A stretch of DNA of 64,000 nucleotides from Rickettsiales bacterium (GTDB lineage Bacteria > Pseudomonadota > Alphaproteobacteria > Rickettsiales > JABSSG01). Shown here one piece after another: positions 27,093 to 36,058 of the stretch. Position numbers and translations under genes: made by a program. Where the stretch lies: assembly GCA_013214525.1 (NCBI GenBank), contig JABSSG010000014.1, forward strand, positions 33,232 to 97,231, in the 5' to 3' direction. Numbering within the stretch: position 1 is the first letter of the stretch; each line of letters opens with the position of its first letter. The notes beneath the pieces are model-generated. The model did no database searches. It was not told the origin of the DNA and was given only the letters and a program-made list of their open reading frames with translations.

Positions 27093-28043
27093 ATGGTTGA
27101 AAATCAAAATATATTAGAGCAATTTTTAGAAAAAATTATTGTAGAAAGAGGAAGTTCTAACAATACGATAATCGCTTATAAACGTGATATTCAAGACCTT
27201 TTTCAATTTTTATTAAAAACTAACCATGAAGATTTGACGGAAGTTTCTCTTACTGTGTTACGAAATTATATATCTTCTCTTACTGAGAAGAGTTTTTTAC
27301 AACCTAAAACAATTGCTCGTAAAATATCTGCAATAAAACAATTTTTTTTGTTTCTTCATGAAGAAAAATTTATTAAAGCAAATGTTGCTGGTAACTTAGA
27401 GACTCCAAAACTTGCTCAGAATATTCCTACAATATTTGATGAATCTTGTGTAGAGGCACTTCTTGATTCGTGCTATAAGGATACTTCTCCTATTGGGTTA
27501 AGAAATATTGCTATGCTTGAATTGCTTTATGCAACAGGAATGAGAGTATCTGAGCTTATTTCTCTGAGATTATCTCAATTGAATTTGAATGATACAGCAA
27601 ATATTCGTCCTTATATTATTATTAAGGGTAAAGGCAGTAAGGAAAGAGTGGTTGCAATAAATCAAAAGTCAATTGAAGCAATTAATAAATATTTGTCTCG
27701 GATAGGTAGTTTTACAAAAGATAAAAACAATCCGTGGTTATTTCCTTCAAAGCAATCTAAAACTGGGTATATGACTAGACAATATTTTGGTAAAATTCTG
27801 AAAAAAATTGCTTATCAAGCGGGATTAAATTTTCAAAAAATTTCTCCTCATAAAATTCGTCATTCATTTGCAACCCATTTGTTAAATAATGGTGCTAATT
27901 TAAAGGTGATTCAAGAATTGCTAGGGCATAAAGATATTGCCACTACTCAAATTTATACTCATGTAGCAAATGAGAAGTTAAAACAAACAGTTGAAAAATT
28001 TCATCCTTTGTCTAAAAAAGCTATTTTTACTCCTCGCACTTGA
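27093..28043 (+). CDS. xerD: Tyrosine recombinase XerD
   Basis: 316 aa. RGSSNNTIIAYKRDIQDL, ATGMRVSELISL, HKIRHSFATHLL, LLGHKDIATTQIYTHV. Confidence 0.8.
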   Translation: MVENQNILEQFLEKIIVERGSSNNTIIAYKRDIQDLFQFLLKTNHEDLTEVSLTVLRNYISSLTEKSFLQPKTIARKISAIKQFFLFLHEEKFIKANVAGNLETPKLAQNIPTIFDESCVEALLDSCYKDTSPIGLRNIAMLELLYATGMRVSELISLRLSQLNLNDTANIRPYIIIKGKGSKERVVAINQKSIEAINKYLSRIGSFTKDKNNPWLFPSKQSKTGYMTRQYFGKILKKIAYQAGLNFQKISPHKIRHSFATHLLNNGANLKVIQELLGHKDIATTQIYTHVANEKLKQTVEKFHPLSKKAIFTPRT

Positions 28044-28048
28044 ACATT
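28029..28048. repeat. Solo family-1 TIR overlapping the xerD 3' end
   Basis: actcctcgcacttgaacatt versus copy A actcctcgtacttgaacatt (19/20). The xerD stop TGA lies inside it. Confidence 0.6.
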
Positions 28049-28061
28049 TTTGTTAATTTGT

Positions 28062-28222
28062 AACCCCAATAATGGATTAGGAAGATTTTAGATTTTTAGG
28101 ATATTTTTAGTGAAAATTAGCAGTTTTTATGAAGGAATAGCAGGGTTATTTCAAGAAAAAACTGCTGATTTGCAGCAAAAATAGACAAAAATATAGTGTT
28201 TTCTTAATCCATTATTGGGGTT
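28062..28222. repeat. Family-2 palindromic element, full copy (161 bp)
   Basis: TIRs aaccccaataatggattaggaa (28062..28083) and ttcttaatccattattggggtt (28201..28222), 21/22 complementary. There is an internal second inverted repeat, gcagttttt ... aaaaactgc. Confidence 0.75.
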
Positions 28223-28296
28223 TGTAGTTTAGTAAGTAGTTGACTCTTGCCCTGATAAAGGTATTCTTTTTTAAAAATAAAAGACAGGTAATTGTT

Positions 28297-28542
28297 ATGG
28301 GTATGGATATTGCAGATGTAGTTTTAGCAGGTGTTCAATTTTCTGAAGAAGGTCAGCCAACAGGGTTAGCAAATAATGAAGGGAATTTTACTATTGACAG
28401 TGAAGAGGGTCAAGTAGGTGAAACAATGATGGGAATGCCATTTGAAGACATGGCATATATTATTCCTAATAACTATTCTTATCTTTCACATGAAGAAGAA
28501 ATGGAGGGGTATTTGGCAGATGATGAAGCAGAGAAAATATAA
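28297..28542 (+). CDS. Small acidic hypothetical protein
   Basis: The track ORF starts at TTG 28240, close to the repeat. ATG 28297 gives MGMDIADVVLAGVQFSEEGQ...YLADDEAEKI. I recognise no motif and coding status is uncertain. Confidence 0.3.
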   Translation: MGMDIADVVLAGVQFSEEGQPTGLANNEGNFTIDSEEGQVGETMMGMPFEDMAYIIPNNYSYLSHEEEMEGYLADDEAEKI

Positions 28543-28652
28543 AAAACATGGTTTTTACACTTTGAGATAAGGTATTTTTCGTTTGTAATGCTATTTCTGA
28601 TGAGATATAACTTAGGTTACAAATTATTTAACGAAAAATATTAAAAGTTTTG

Positions 28653-30701
28653 ATGCGATATAATGATGTAGAGTTGGAATCTTCAGTTACAAATTTTTCT
28701 AAGGATTTTTTATATAGAAAACTTGCCAATTGTATACGTGTTTTAACAATTGATGCAGTAGAGCAAGCTCAATCTGGTCATCCAGGAATGCCTCTTGGTA
28801 TGGCTGATGTTGCAACAGTTCTTTTTGCAGAGTTCTTAAACTTTCTGCCAAATAATCCTGAATGGTTAAATAGAGACAGATTTATTTTATCAGCTGGTCA
28901 TGGCTCTATGCTTTTATATTCTTTGTTATATTTGACAGGGTATCCAGATATAGAACTTGAAGATATAAAACAATTTCGTCAATTACATAGTAAAACAGCT
29001 GGCCACCCAGAATGTGGTTTTTTAAAAGGAATAGAAACAACTACTGGCCCACTTGGACAAGGTCTTGCTAATGCAGTGGGTATGGAGATTGCTCGCAACC
29101 TAAATAGAGCAAAACTTGGCACAACTGAAATACTCGATCATTATGTTTATACAATTGTTGGTGATGGTTGTTTAATGGAAGGTATTTCGCATGAAGCATG
29201 TTCTCTTGCTGGACATTTACAATTGAGAAATCTAATTGTATTTTACGATAGTAATAATATCACAATTGATGGTGATAAATCTTTATCTGATTCTGAAGAT
29301 ACAAAATTGCGATTTCAAGGGTATAGTTGGTATGTTCAAGAAATAGACGGGCATGATTTTTCTCAAATAAGAAAAGCAATTCAAAATGCACAACTCAGTG
29401 AAAAACCGTCATTGATCATATGTAACACTAAAATAGCTTATGGAGCTCCAACGAAAGAAGGGAAAAGCTGTTCTCATGGTGCACCTCTTGGTGCAGAGGA
29501 AGTAATGAAGGCAAAAATAAATTATGGTTGGTCAGCAGATAAGAAGTTTTTCATTCCAGAGAGGTTATTAAAAATTTGGCGAGAAATTGGTAAAAATAAC
29601 TTAATAAGACACCAAATCTGGCAAGAAAAAATAGAAAATATTTCTGATGAAAAAAAAGAAATTTTAAATCAATTGAAAAGTTTTGAAATACCAGAAGATG
29701 ATCTAAAAAGGGTAATTTTAAATTTGAAGAAGCAATTTATTTTGTCAGATGATTCACAAGCGACTCGCAAAGCATCTGGTGTAATATTGAATTCTTTGTG
29801 GGATGTTATTCCTTTCGTAGGGGGATCAGCAGATCTCACTGAGTCAAATCATACTAACCCTAGGCATGTAGAAAGAATAAGTAAAGATAACTGGCTTGCA
29901 AACTATTTTTGTTATGGTGTAAGGGAGCACGCTATGGGTGCTATTATGAATGGGATTGCTCTATATGGTGGTGTTATTCCTTACGGAGGAAGTTTTTTAG
30001 TATTTATGGATTATATGAAGCCAGCATTGAGGATGGCTGCATTAATGAAGTTGCAAGTTATATATGTCATGACTCATGATTCAATAGGAGTAGGTGAAGA
30101 TGGGCCCACTCATCAGCCAGTTGAGCAACTCAGTTATTTGCGTGCTATACCGAATGTAAATGTTTTTCGTCCTGCTGATAGTGTTGAAACTGCTGAGTGT
30201 TGGGAGTTAGCTCTTAAAAGTAGAACTACGCCATCTGTTCTTTGCTTAACAAGGCAGAAAGTTGCATGTATACGCAAGAAAGATAATAAAAAAAATCAAA
30301 GTGCTTTAGGGGCATATATTATTTCTGAATATAAAGGAAAGCATGAAGTAACAATTTTTGCTACTGGTTCTGAAGTATCAATTGCTATGGAAGCACAGAA
30401 TATTTTGCATGAACAAAAAATAGGGACAAGGGTTATTTCTGTACCTTGTATGGAGTTGTTGGAAAAGCAAGAGGAAGATTATAAAAAAGAATTATTTGGT
30501 AATACAACTGTGAAAATTGTTATAGAAGCAGCACTCCAAGCTGGTTGGGAAAGATATCTTGATAAAGATGGAATTTTTATTGGCATGAGTAATTTTGGAG
30601 CTTCTGCTCCATGTAAAGACTTATATGAATTTTTTAACATTAACTCAAAAACTGTGGTAAGCTCTGTATTTGAGAAATTAAAGGAAGGTGCAAATTTATG
30701 A
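28653..30701 (+). CDS. tkt: Transketolase
   Basis: About 682 aa from ATG 28653 (the track uses TTG 28650). SGHPGMPLGMADV, GDGCLMEGISHEA (ThDP motif), THDSIGVGEDGPTHQP. Confidence 0.95.
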   Translation: MRYNDVELESSVTNFSKDFLYRKLANCIRVLTIDAVEQAQSGHPGMPLGMADVATVLFAEFLNFLPNNPEWLNRDRFILSAGHGSMLLYSLLYLTGYPDIELEDIKQFRQLHSKTAGHPECGFLKGIETTTGPLGQGLANAVGMEIARNLNRAKLGTTEILDHYVYTIVGDGCLMEGISHEACSLAGHLQLRNLIVFYDSNNITIDGDKSLSDSEDTKLRFQGYSWYVQEIDGHDFSQIRKAIQNAQLSEKPSLIICNTKIAYGAPTKEGKSCSHGAPLGAEEVMKAKINYGWSADKKFFIPERLLKIWREIGKNNLIRHQIWQEKIENISDEKKEILNQLKSFEIPEDDLKRVILNLKKQFILSDDSQATRKASGVILNSLWDVIPFVGGSADLTESNHTNPRHVERISKDNWLANYFCYGVREHAMGAIMNGIALYGGVIPYGGSFLVFMDYMKPALRMAALMKLQVIYVMTHDSIGVGEDGPTHQPVEQLSYLRAIPNVNVFRPADSVETAECWELALKSRTTPSVLCLTRQKVACIRKKDNKKNQSALGAYIISEYKGKHEVTIFATGSEVSIAMEAQNILHEQKIGTRVISVPCMELLEKQEEDYKKELFGNTTVKIVIEAALQAGWERYLDKDGIFIGMSNFGASAPCKDLYEFFNINSKTVVSSVFEKLKEGANL

Positions 30702-31717
30702 CTTTAAAGATAGCAGTAAATGGGCTTGGTCGTATAGGGAGATGTGTTGTGCGAGCTGTATGTGAGCAGTCATCAGAACAAATAAAGTTAGTTGCTGTTA
30801 ATGGCACTATGCCTATTGAATCTTATAAAACTTTAATAAAATATGATTCAGTTCATGGAATATTTCCACAAGAAATTAGCACTGATACTGATACGTTGTT
30901 TGTTGGTAAGAATAAAGTTAAGTTTTTTAATGAGCGTTCTTTAGGTAATATTCCGTGGGGGAAAGAAAATGTTGATATAGTGTTTGAGTGTACGGGTAAA
31001 TTTAAGGATAAAGATTCAACTGCCAAGCATTTAAAGGCTGGTGCAAAAAAAGTGATTATATCTGCTCCAGGTAAGGATGTTGATGCCACAATTATATTTG
31101 GTGTGAATAACCATTTGCTTAGAGATAATTACAATGTTATTTCAGTTGGATCTTGTACAACAAATGCATTAGCACCTCTTGTAAAAACACTTCATGACTC
31201 AATTGGTATAGAGCAGGGATATATGACCACTGTGCATTCTTATACCAATGATCAAAAAGTTTTAGATGGTAGTCATAATGATTTAAGGCGTGCACGTGCT
31301 TGCCATCTATCAATGATTCCTACAACCACTGGCGCAGCAAAAATGATAGGTGTAATTATTCCTGAACTTGCAGGAAGAATTGCTGGTTCAGCAATTCGTG
31401 TTCCAACACCAAATGTTTCTTTAATTGATTTTGTTTTTTCAGCTAAACGTGAAACTTCTAAAGAAGAAATTAATAAAATTATGCAACAAGCGTCTGAATC
31501 TTCTATGAAAAATATTGTGGCTGTTGCTAAGCAAAAACTTGTATCGATTGATTTTAATCATTCTGTTTATAGTGCAGTTTTTGATCCATTTGAAACTCAA
31601 GTGGTAGATGAAAAATTGGTTCGTGTAGTAGCATGGTATGATAATGAGTGGGGTTTTACTCATAGAATGATAGATGTTGCGTTGCTCAGTGAAACTTTAG
31701 CGATTGCATCAGTATAA
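30698..31717 (+). CDS. gap: Glyceraldehyde-3-phosphate dehydrogenase
   Basis: 339 aa. INGLGRIGR, SCTTNALAP (catalytic Cys), WYDNEWGF. ATGA overlap with the tkt stop. Confidence 0.95.
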   Translation: MTLKIAVNGLGRIGRCVVRAVCEQSSEQIKLVAVNGTMPIESYKTLIKYDSVHGIFPQEISTDTDTLFVGKNKVKFFNERSLGNIPWGKENVDIVFECTGKFKDKDSTAKHLKAGAKKVIISAPGKDVDATIIFGVNNHLLRDNYNVISVGSCTTNALAPLVKTLHDSIGIEQGYMTTVHSYTNDQKVLDGSHNDLRRARACHLSMIPTTTGAAKMIGVIIPELAGRIAGSAIRVPTPNVSLIDFVFSAKRETSKEEINKIMQQASESSMKNIVAVAKQKLVSIDFNHSVYSAVFDPFETQVVDEKLVRVVAWYDNEWGFTHRMIDVALLSETLAIASV

Positions 31718-31730
31718 GGGTAATCAAAAA

Positions 31731-32945
31731 ATGAAAGGTTTAACAAAAATAACAGAATTAGACGTTAGGAATAAGAAGGTTATTTTGAGATTAGACTTAA
31801 ACCTTCCTATAGTACAAGGAAAGATAACAGATCTATATAGGCTAGAGAGGTCATTACCAACTATCAAATATTTAATTCAGAACGAAGCTAAAGTAATAAT
31901 AATTTCTCATTTTGGAAGACCTGAAGGAAAATTTTGTAGAGAAATGTCTCTTGCTCCTATTGCTGATAGATTAAGTGAAGCACTTGCTGGTAAAGAAGTG
32001 AAGTTTTTATTGAATATTTTAGCTCCTGATGCACAAGAAAAAATCAGTTTTCTTAAACCAGGAGAAATAATTTTGGCGGAGAATCTTAGATTCCATAAGG
32101 AAGAAGAAGCTAATGATTTAGAGTTTGCAAAGAAAATTGCAAGTTTAGGAGAGTTATACATAAATGAGGCTTTTTCTTGTTCTCATAGGTTGCATGCTTC
32201 AATAGTGTCTTTACAGAAATTTTTACCAACTGCATGGGGTTTTTTGTTTGCTGAAGAGATTGAAACTTTAGAAAAATATTTAGGTAAACCACAACATCCA
32301 GTGCTTGCTATCACTGGTGGGTCTAAAATCTCCTCTAAGATTGGTTTATTAAATTCTTTGGTTAATAAAGTAGATATACTTGTTATTGGTGGAGCTATGG
32401 CAAATACTTTTTTAAAAACTCAAGGATATGATGTTGGCAAATCTTTAAGTGAATCAGATCAGATTGAATCAGTACAAAAAATTATCAATAATGCTAAAGC
32501 AAATAATTGTTCAGTGATTGTTCCAAGTGATGTTATAACGGCTTGTGATATTAATGAAAATTCGAGTTGTAAGGTAAAGAATGTATCTGAAATAAAGTCA
32601 AATGAGATGATTTTAGATGTAGGGCCAAATTTTATTTTTAATATTCTAAAATGTTTAAATATAGCAAATACTATTATTTGGAATGGTCCTTTAGGGGCAT
32701 TTGAACATACTCCTTTTGATATAGGTACTTCGACAGTAGCTCGAGCAATTGCAGGAGTCACTTCTCATAAAAATATAGTTAGTATTGCTGGTGGTGGTGA
32801 TGTTGTTTCAGCAATAAATTCTGCTAAGCTTAGCAATAGTTTTACTTATATTTCTACAGGAGGTGGAGCTTTCTTGAAATGGTTAGAAAAAGGTACTTTG
32901 CCAGTATTAAACCAAGTTACAAAGGTGTTAACTGAGACATCTTAA
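31731..32945 (+). CDS. pgk: Phosphoglycerate kinase
   Basis: The track ORF starts at 31704, inside gap. The ATG at 31731 (SD aaggg upstream) gives MKGLTKITELDVRNKKVILRLDLNLP, the usual PGK N-terminus. ISHFGRP, STGGGAFL. Confidence 0.9.
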   Translation: MKGLTKITELDVRNKKVILRLDLNLPIVQGKITDLYRLERSLPTIKYLIQNEAKVIIISHFGRPEGKFCREMSLAPIADRLSEALAGKEVKFLLNILAPDAQEKISFLKPGEIILAENLRFHKEEEANDLEFAKKIASLGELYINEAFSCSHRLHASIVSLQKFLPTAWGFLFAEEIETLEKYLGKPQHPVLAITGGSKISSKIGLLNSLVNKVDILVIGGAMANTFLKTQGYDVGKSLSESDQIESVQKIINNAKANNCSVIVPSDVITACDINENSSCKVKNVSEIKSNEMILDVGPNFIFNILKCLNIANTIIWNGPLGAFEHTPFDIGTSTVARAIAGVTSHKNIVSIAGGGDVVSAINSAKLSNSFTYISTGGGAFLKWLEKGTLPVLNQVTKVLTETS

Positions 32946-33793
32946 TTAACTTGCTCAAGCTCTGGAAGAGGAGATTTTAGCATTTTGTAATCTACGCTCA
33001 ACACTTGTAATTCTCTTTCTTGGCTTTGAAGAGTATTTCGTACTGCTTGGTCTACGGAAGTAACTGTTTTTTGTAATGCTGTAATTGGTTCTTTGCTTGA
33101 TAGATAATATCCTAGATATAATGCTGAAAATAAATCTCCAGTGCCACTAATAGGCATTGAAAAACTATGTTCTTGAGTTTTTATCATGTAGTTTGATTTA
33201 CCATTTGAAATGAATGTGTAAGAGTGGTCTGGAGTATCATTGGTAAATTTTATGCCAGTTATGATAACAATTTTTATACCTAAAGAATGAAATTTTTGAG
33301 CTATTATTTTAATGCTATTTTTGTCGATGATCTTTATCCCAGATAAAATTTCTGCTTCAAATTGGTTAGGGGTAATAATGTCTGCTTTAAGTTTTTTCTT
33401 AAAGAACTCTAATACTTCTGGTCTTACATAACAAGATGTGTTGCCTATTACTGGATCACATAGATAAATCAGATTTTCATTTTTCTTTTTAAATCTGTTC
33501 ACTGTATCTTGTACTTCTTCACATATTTCTGAGCTACCCATATAGCCAGATAGAATAGCTTGACATTTATTGATAACTTCTAATTCTTCTAATCCGAGAA
33601 TTACCTCTTTTATATGTTTTCTTGGGAAGATTTCACCTTGCCATTTTTTATAACCTGTGTGGTTAGAAAATTGTACAGTGTTTACTGGCCATACGTCATA
33701 ACCTAATGCTTGTAATGGGTAGGTAGCGGCCTTATTCCCTACATAGCCATATGCAACATGTGACTGAATCGATAAAATAGCCATTTCTTTCAA
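32942..33793 (-). CDS. pdxY: Pyridoxal kinase
   Basis: 283 aa. ILSIQSHVAYGYVGNKAA and NTVQFSNHTGY match the PdxY N-terminus. GTGDLFSAL near the C-terminus. Confidence 0.8.
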   Translation of the reverse strand: MKEMAILSIQSHVAYGYVGNKAATYPLQALGYDVWPVNTVQFSNHTGYKKWQGEIFPRKHIKEVILGLEELEVINKCQAILSGYMGSSEICEEVQDTVNRFKKKNENLIYLCDPVIGNTSCYVRPEVLEFFKKKLKADIITPNQFEAEILSGIKIIDKNSIKIIAQKFHSLGIKIVIITGIKFTNDTPDHSYTFISNGKSNYMIKTQEHSFSMPISGTGDLFSALYLGYYLSSKEPITALQKTVTSVDQAVRNTLQSQERELQVLSVDYKMLKSPLPELEQVN

Positions 33794-33823
33794 TTTTTTA
33801 CTATAGTAACTTCAGTAATGTTT

Positions 33824-33853
33824 TTCTAATCCATTACTGTGATTATTAGGGTT
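33824..33853. repeat. Solo family-2 TIR-like copy
   Basis: ttctaatccattactgtgattattagggtt resembles ttcttaatccattattggggtt with a small insertion. Confidence 0.4.
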
Positions 33854-33947
33854 AGTATGTAATATCTACTTTGATTTGTAAATAATTTATACGTAACATT
33901 TTTTTTCTAAATGTTGTGCAAGCACTATCAAGATTAAAATATTTTAG

Positions 33948-34985
33948 TTGAAAAAAAATTCTCATATGTTACATTCCAACATGGAACGGACACATATATT
34001 TAATGATCTTATAGACCTACATGTTCATCTAGGTTCATCTTCTACGCCCCATTTTCTATGGGAAGCAGCACATGAGCAAGGAATTAAATTACCAGAGAAA
34101 AACTACAATAAATTTATTAAATCTGCTCTAGTTACAAAAAATCTTTCTTATGATCGATATCTAAATTATTTTCATCTGTCAGAATTAATTCAATCATCTC
34201 TTTGGGCGGTAGAGAAAGCTGTTCATCATGCTATTAGTCTCTCATATAGAAAAGCCAATGTTACTTTGCTAGAAATTAGATTCAATCCAATGTTACGCAA
34301 TAGAAATAATCAGCATGATTTAGATAAAATAATTTTAGCTGCTGCTATTGGTATGAAAAAAGCATGTCTTGAATATCCTGTAAAGGCAGGGTTAATATTA
34401 ATGATGGACAGAAGATTTGATCCAAAGAAAAATTTAATGATTGCCAAAAAAGCTGTTCAGCTTAGAAATGATGGTGTAATAGGCTTGGATACTGGTGGTC
34501 CTATACATGAAGATTTTAAAGTTTCAGATGTTGTGGACGCCTATAATCTAGTAAAAGAATACGGTCTTAAAACTACATTTCATACTGGAGAGGTAACATC
34601 TTCTCAGGAGGTATTAGATGTAATTAATTTAATTAATCCAGATCGTATTGGGCACGGTATTCGGTCGGTAGATGATCCTAAAGTTTTAAAATTACTTGCT
34701 GATAAACAAATAGTTTTGGAGTTATGTCCTACTTCAAATTTTCGAACATCTGTTGTAAAAGATTGGCAAGAATTCAAAAAGATTATTGATGTATTCAGGG
34801 CATACAAGATACCGTTTACTATTAATTCAGATGGGCCAGCTTTTTTGCAGACTAATGTAAAAAAAGAACTTCATAGTCTTTATCAACGAGATATATTATC
34901 TGCAGAGGAGATTGAAAACATAAAAAAACTTTCAAGAAAAGTATCTTTTATTCGAGGAGAGCAAAAGGAATGGCAATATGCTTAG
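33948..34985 (+). CDS. Adenosine/adenine deaminase-family amidohydrolase (COG1816-like), specificity unclear
   Basis: 345 aa (several possible starts). Metal ligands DLHVHLGSS, FHTGE, RIGHGIRS, TINSDGPAF (canonical ADA has TDDP; here it is SDGP). Overlaps the guaB start by 16 nt. Confidence 0.6.
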   Translation: MKKNSHMLHSNMERTHIFNDLIDLHVHLGSSSTPHFLWEAAHEQGIKLPEKNYNKFIKSALVTKNLSYDRYLNYFHLSELIQSSLWAVEKAVHHAISLSYRKANVTLLEIRFNPMLRNRNNQHDLDKIILAAAIGMKKACLEYPVKAGLILMMDRRFDPKKNLMIAKKAVQLRNDGVIGLDTGGPIHEDFKVSDVVDAYNLVKEYGLKTTFHTGEVTSSQEVLDVINLINPDRIGHGIRSVDDPKVLKLLADKQIVLELCPTSNFRTSVVKDWQEFKKIIDVFRAYKIPFTINSDGPAFLQTNVKKELHSLYQRDILSAEEIENIKKLSRKVSFIRGEQKEWQYA

Positions 34986-36055
34986 ATAAAGAAGGGATAA
35001 CATTTAATGATGTTCTTCTTGTGCCTGGATATGTAACTTTTGCGAAAGAAGATGTAGATCTTAAAACGAGATTGCATGATAAAATCACTTTATCAATGCC
35101 TGTAATTTCATCTCCAATGGATCAAGTAACAGAAAAGAATATGGCTATTGCAATGGCTGAAAATGGTGGGTTAGGAATAATACATCGTAATCTTACTATT
35201 GAAAAGCAGGTTGCAATGATTAGTGAAATAAAGGAGTATAATGATACATTATCTGTTGGAGTAGCAATTGGAATAAACCAGAATATAAAACAGCAGTTAC
35301 AAGAATTAGTAAAAGCCAAACCAGATCTGTTTGTAATAGATTCAGCACAAGGGCATTCTTCTTTAATTATTGAAATAATAAAATATATCAAAGGTAAATA
35401 TGATATACCAGTTATGGCTGGTAATGTAGCAACTTTTATTGGTGCAAAAGATCTCATCAAAGCGGGGGCAGATATTTTGCGTGTCGGTATTGGTCCTGGC
35501 AGTATTTGCTCTACTAGAGTTGTTACTGGTGTAGGAGTTCCTCAGCTTACTGCTATCATGGAGGTAGCTAAAGCATGTAAAGATACGCAGGTCACTGTAG
35601 TAGCAGATGGTGGCATACAGCAGATTGGAGATATAGCAAAAGCTCTTGCTGCTGGAGCACATGCTGTTATGTTAGGGTCTTTGCTAGCATGTCGTACAGA
35701 ATCAGCAGGAAAAACTGTTACTATTAATAAAAAGCAATATAAGACATATCGTGGTATGGGTTCTACGGAAGCAGTTTTAAGTGGGTCATCGAGATATGGG
35801 CAAACCAATATTAATAATCCAGCACAAGTAGTTTCAGAGGGAGTGTCAGGTTTAGTAGAGCAGAAGGGATCTGTTAAAGAGTATTTGCAGCAGGTTAAAG
35901 GTAGTTTGAGGTCATCGTTCTTTTATGTAGGAGGTAAAAATTTAAAACAATTCCAAGAAAAGGCGAAATTTATCAGAATTACTACCTCTGTGATGCAGGA
36001 AAATCATCCTCACTCTATAAAGATCAAAGATTACGAAAAAAATTATAATATGTAA
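34970..36055 (+). CDS. guaB: IMP dehydrogenase lacking the CBS/Bateman subdomain
   Basis: 361 aa. [39 protein letters not shown] (catalytic Cys), YRGMGS, flap [30 protein letters not shown] joins the two barrel halves where the ~115-aa CBS pair normally sits. Confidence 0.8.
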   Translation: MAICLDKEGITFNDVLLVPGYVTFAKEDVDLKTRLHDKITLSMPVISSPMDQVTEKNMAIAMAENGGLGIIHRNLTIEKQVAMISEIKEYNDTLSVGVAIGINQNIKQQLQELVKAKPDLFVIDSAQGHSSLIIEIIKYIKGKYDIPVMAGNVATFIGAKDLIKAGADILRVGIGPGSICSTRVVTGVGVPQLTAIMEVAKACKDTQVTVVADGGIQQIGDIAKALAAGAHAVMLGSLLACRTESAGKTVTINKKQYKTYRGMGSTEAVLSGSSRYGQTNINNPAQVVSEGVSGLVEQKGSVKEYLQQVKGSLRSSFFYVGGKNLKQFQEKAKFIRITTSVMQENHPHSIKIKDYEKNYNM

Positions 36056-36058
36056 ATT

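Noticed and set aside
31704-31730. The pgk start at 31704, overlapping gap
   Set aside because: The ATG at 31731 has an SD-like aaggg upstream and gives the canonical PGK N-terminus. The extra 9 residues have no counterpart in PGKs.
35122-35808. Minus-strand ORFs inside guaB (35122..35460, 35363..35662, 35542..35808) and similar antisense ORFs inside other well-supported genes
   Set aside because: They are all antisense to genes with strong motif support, and no independent signals were seen.
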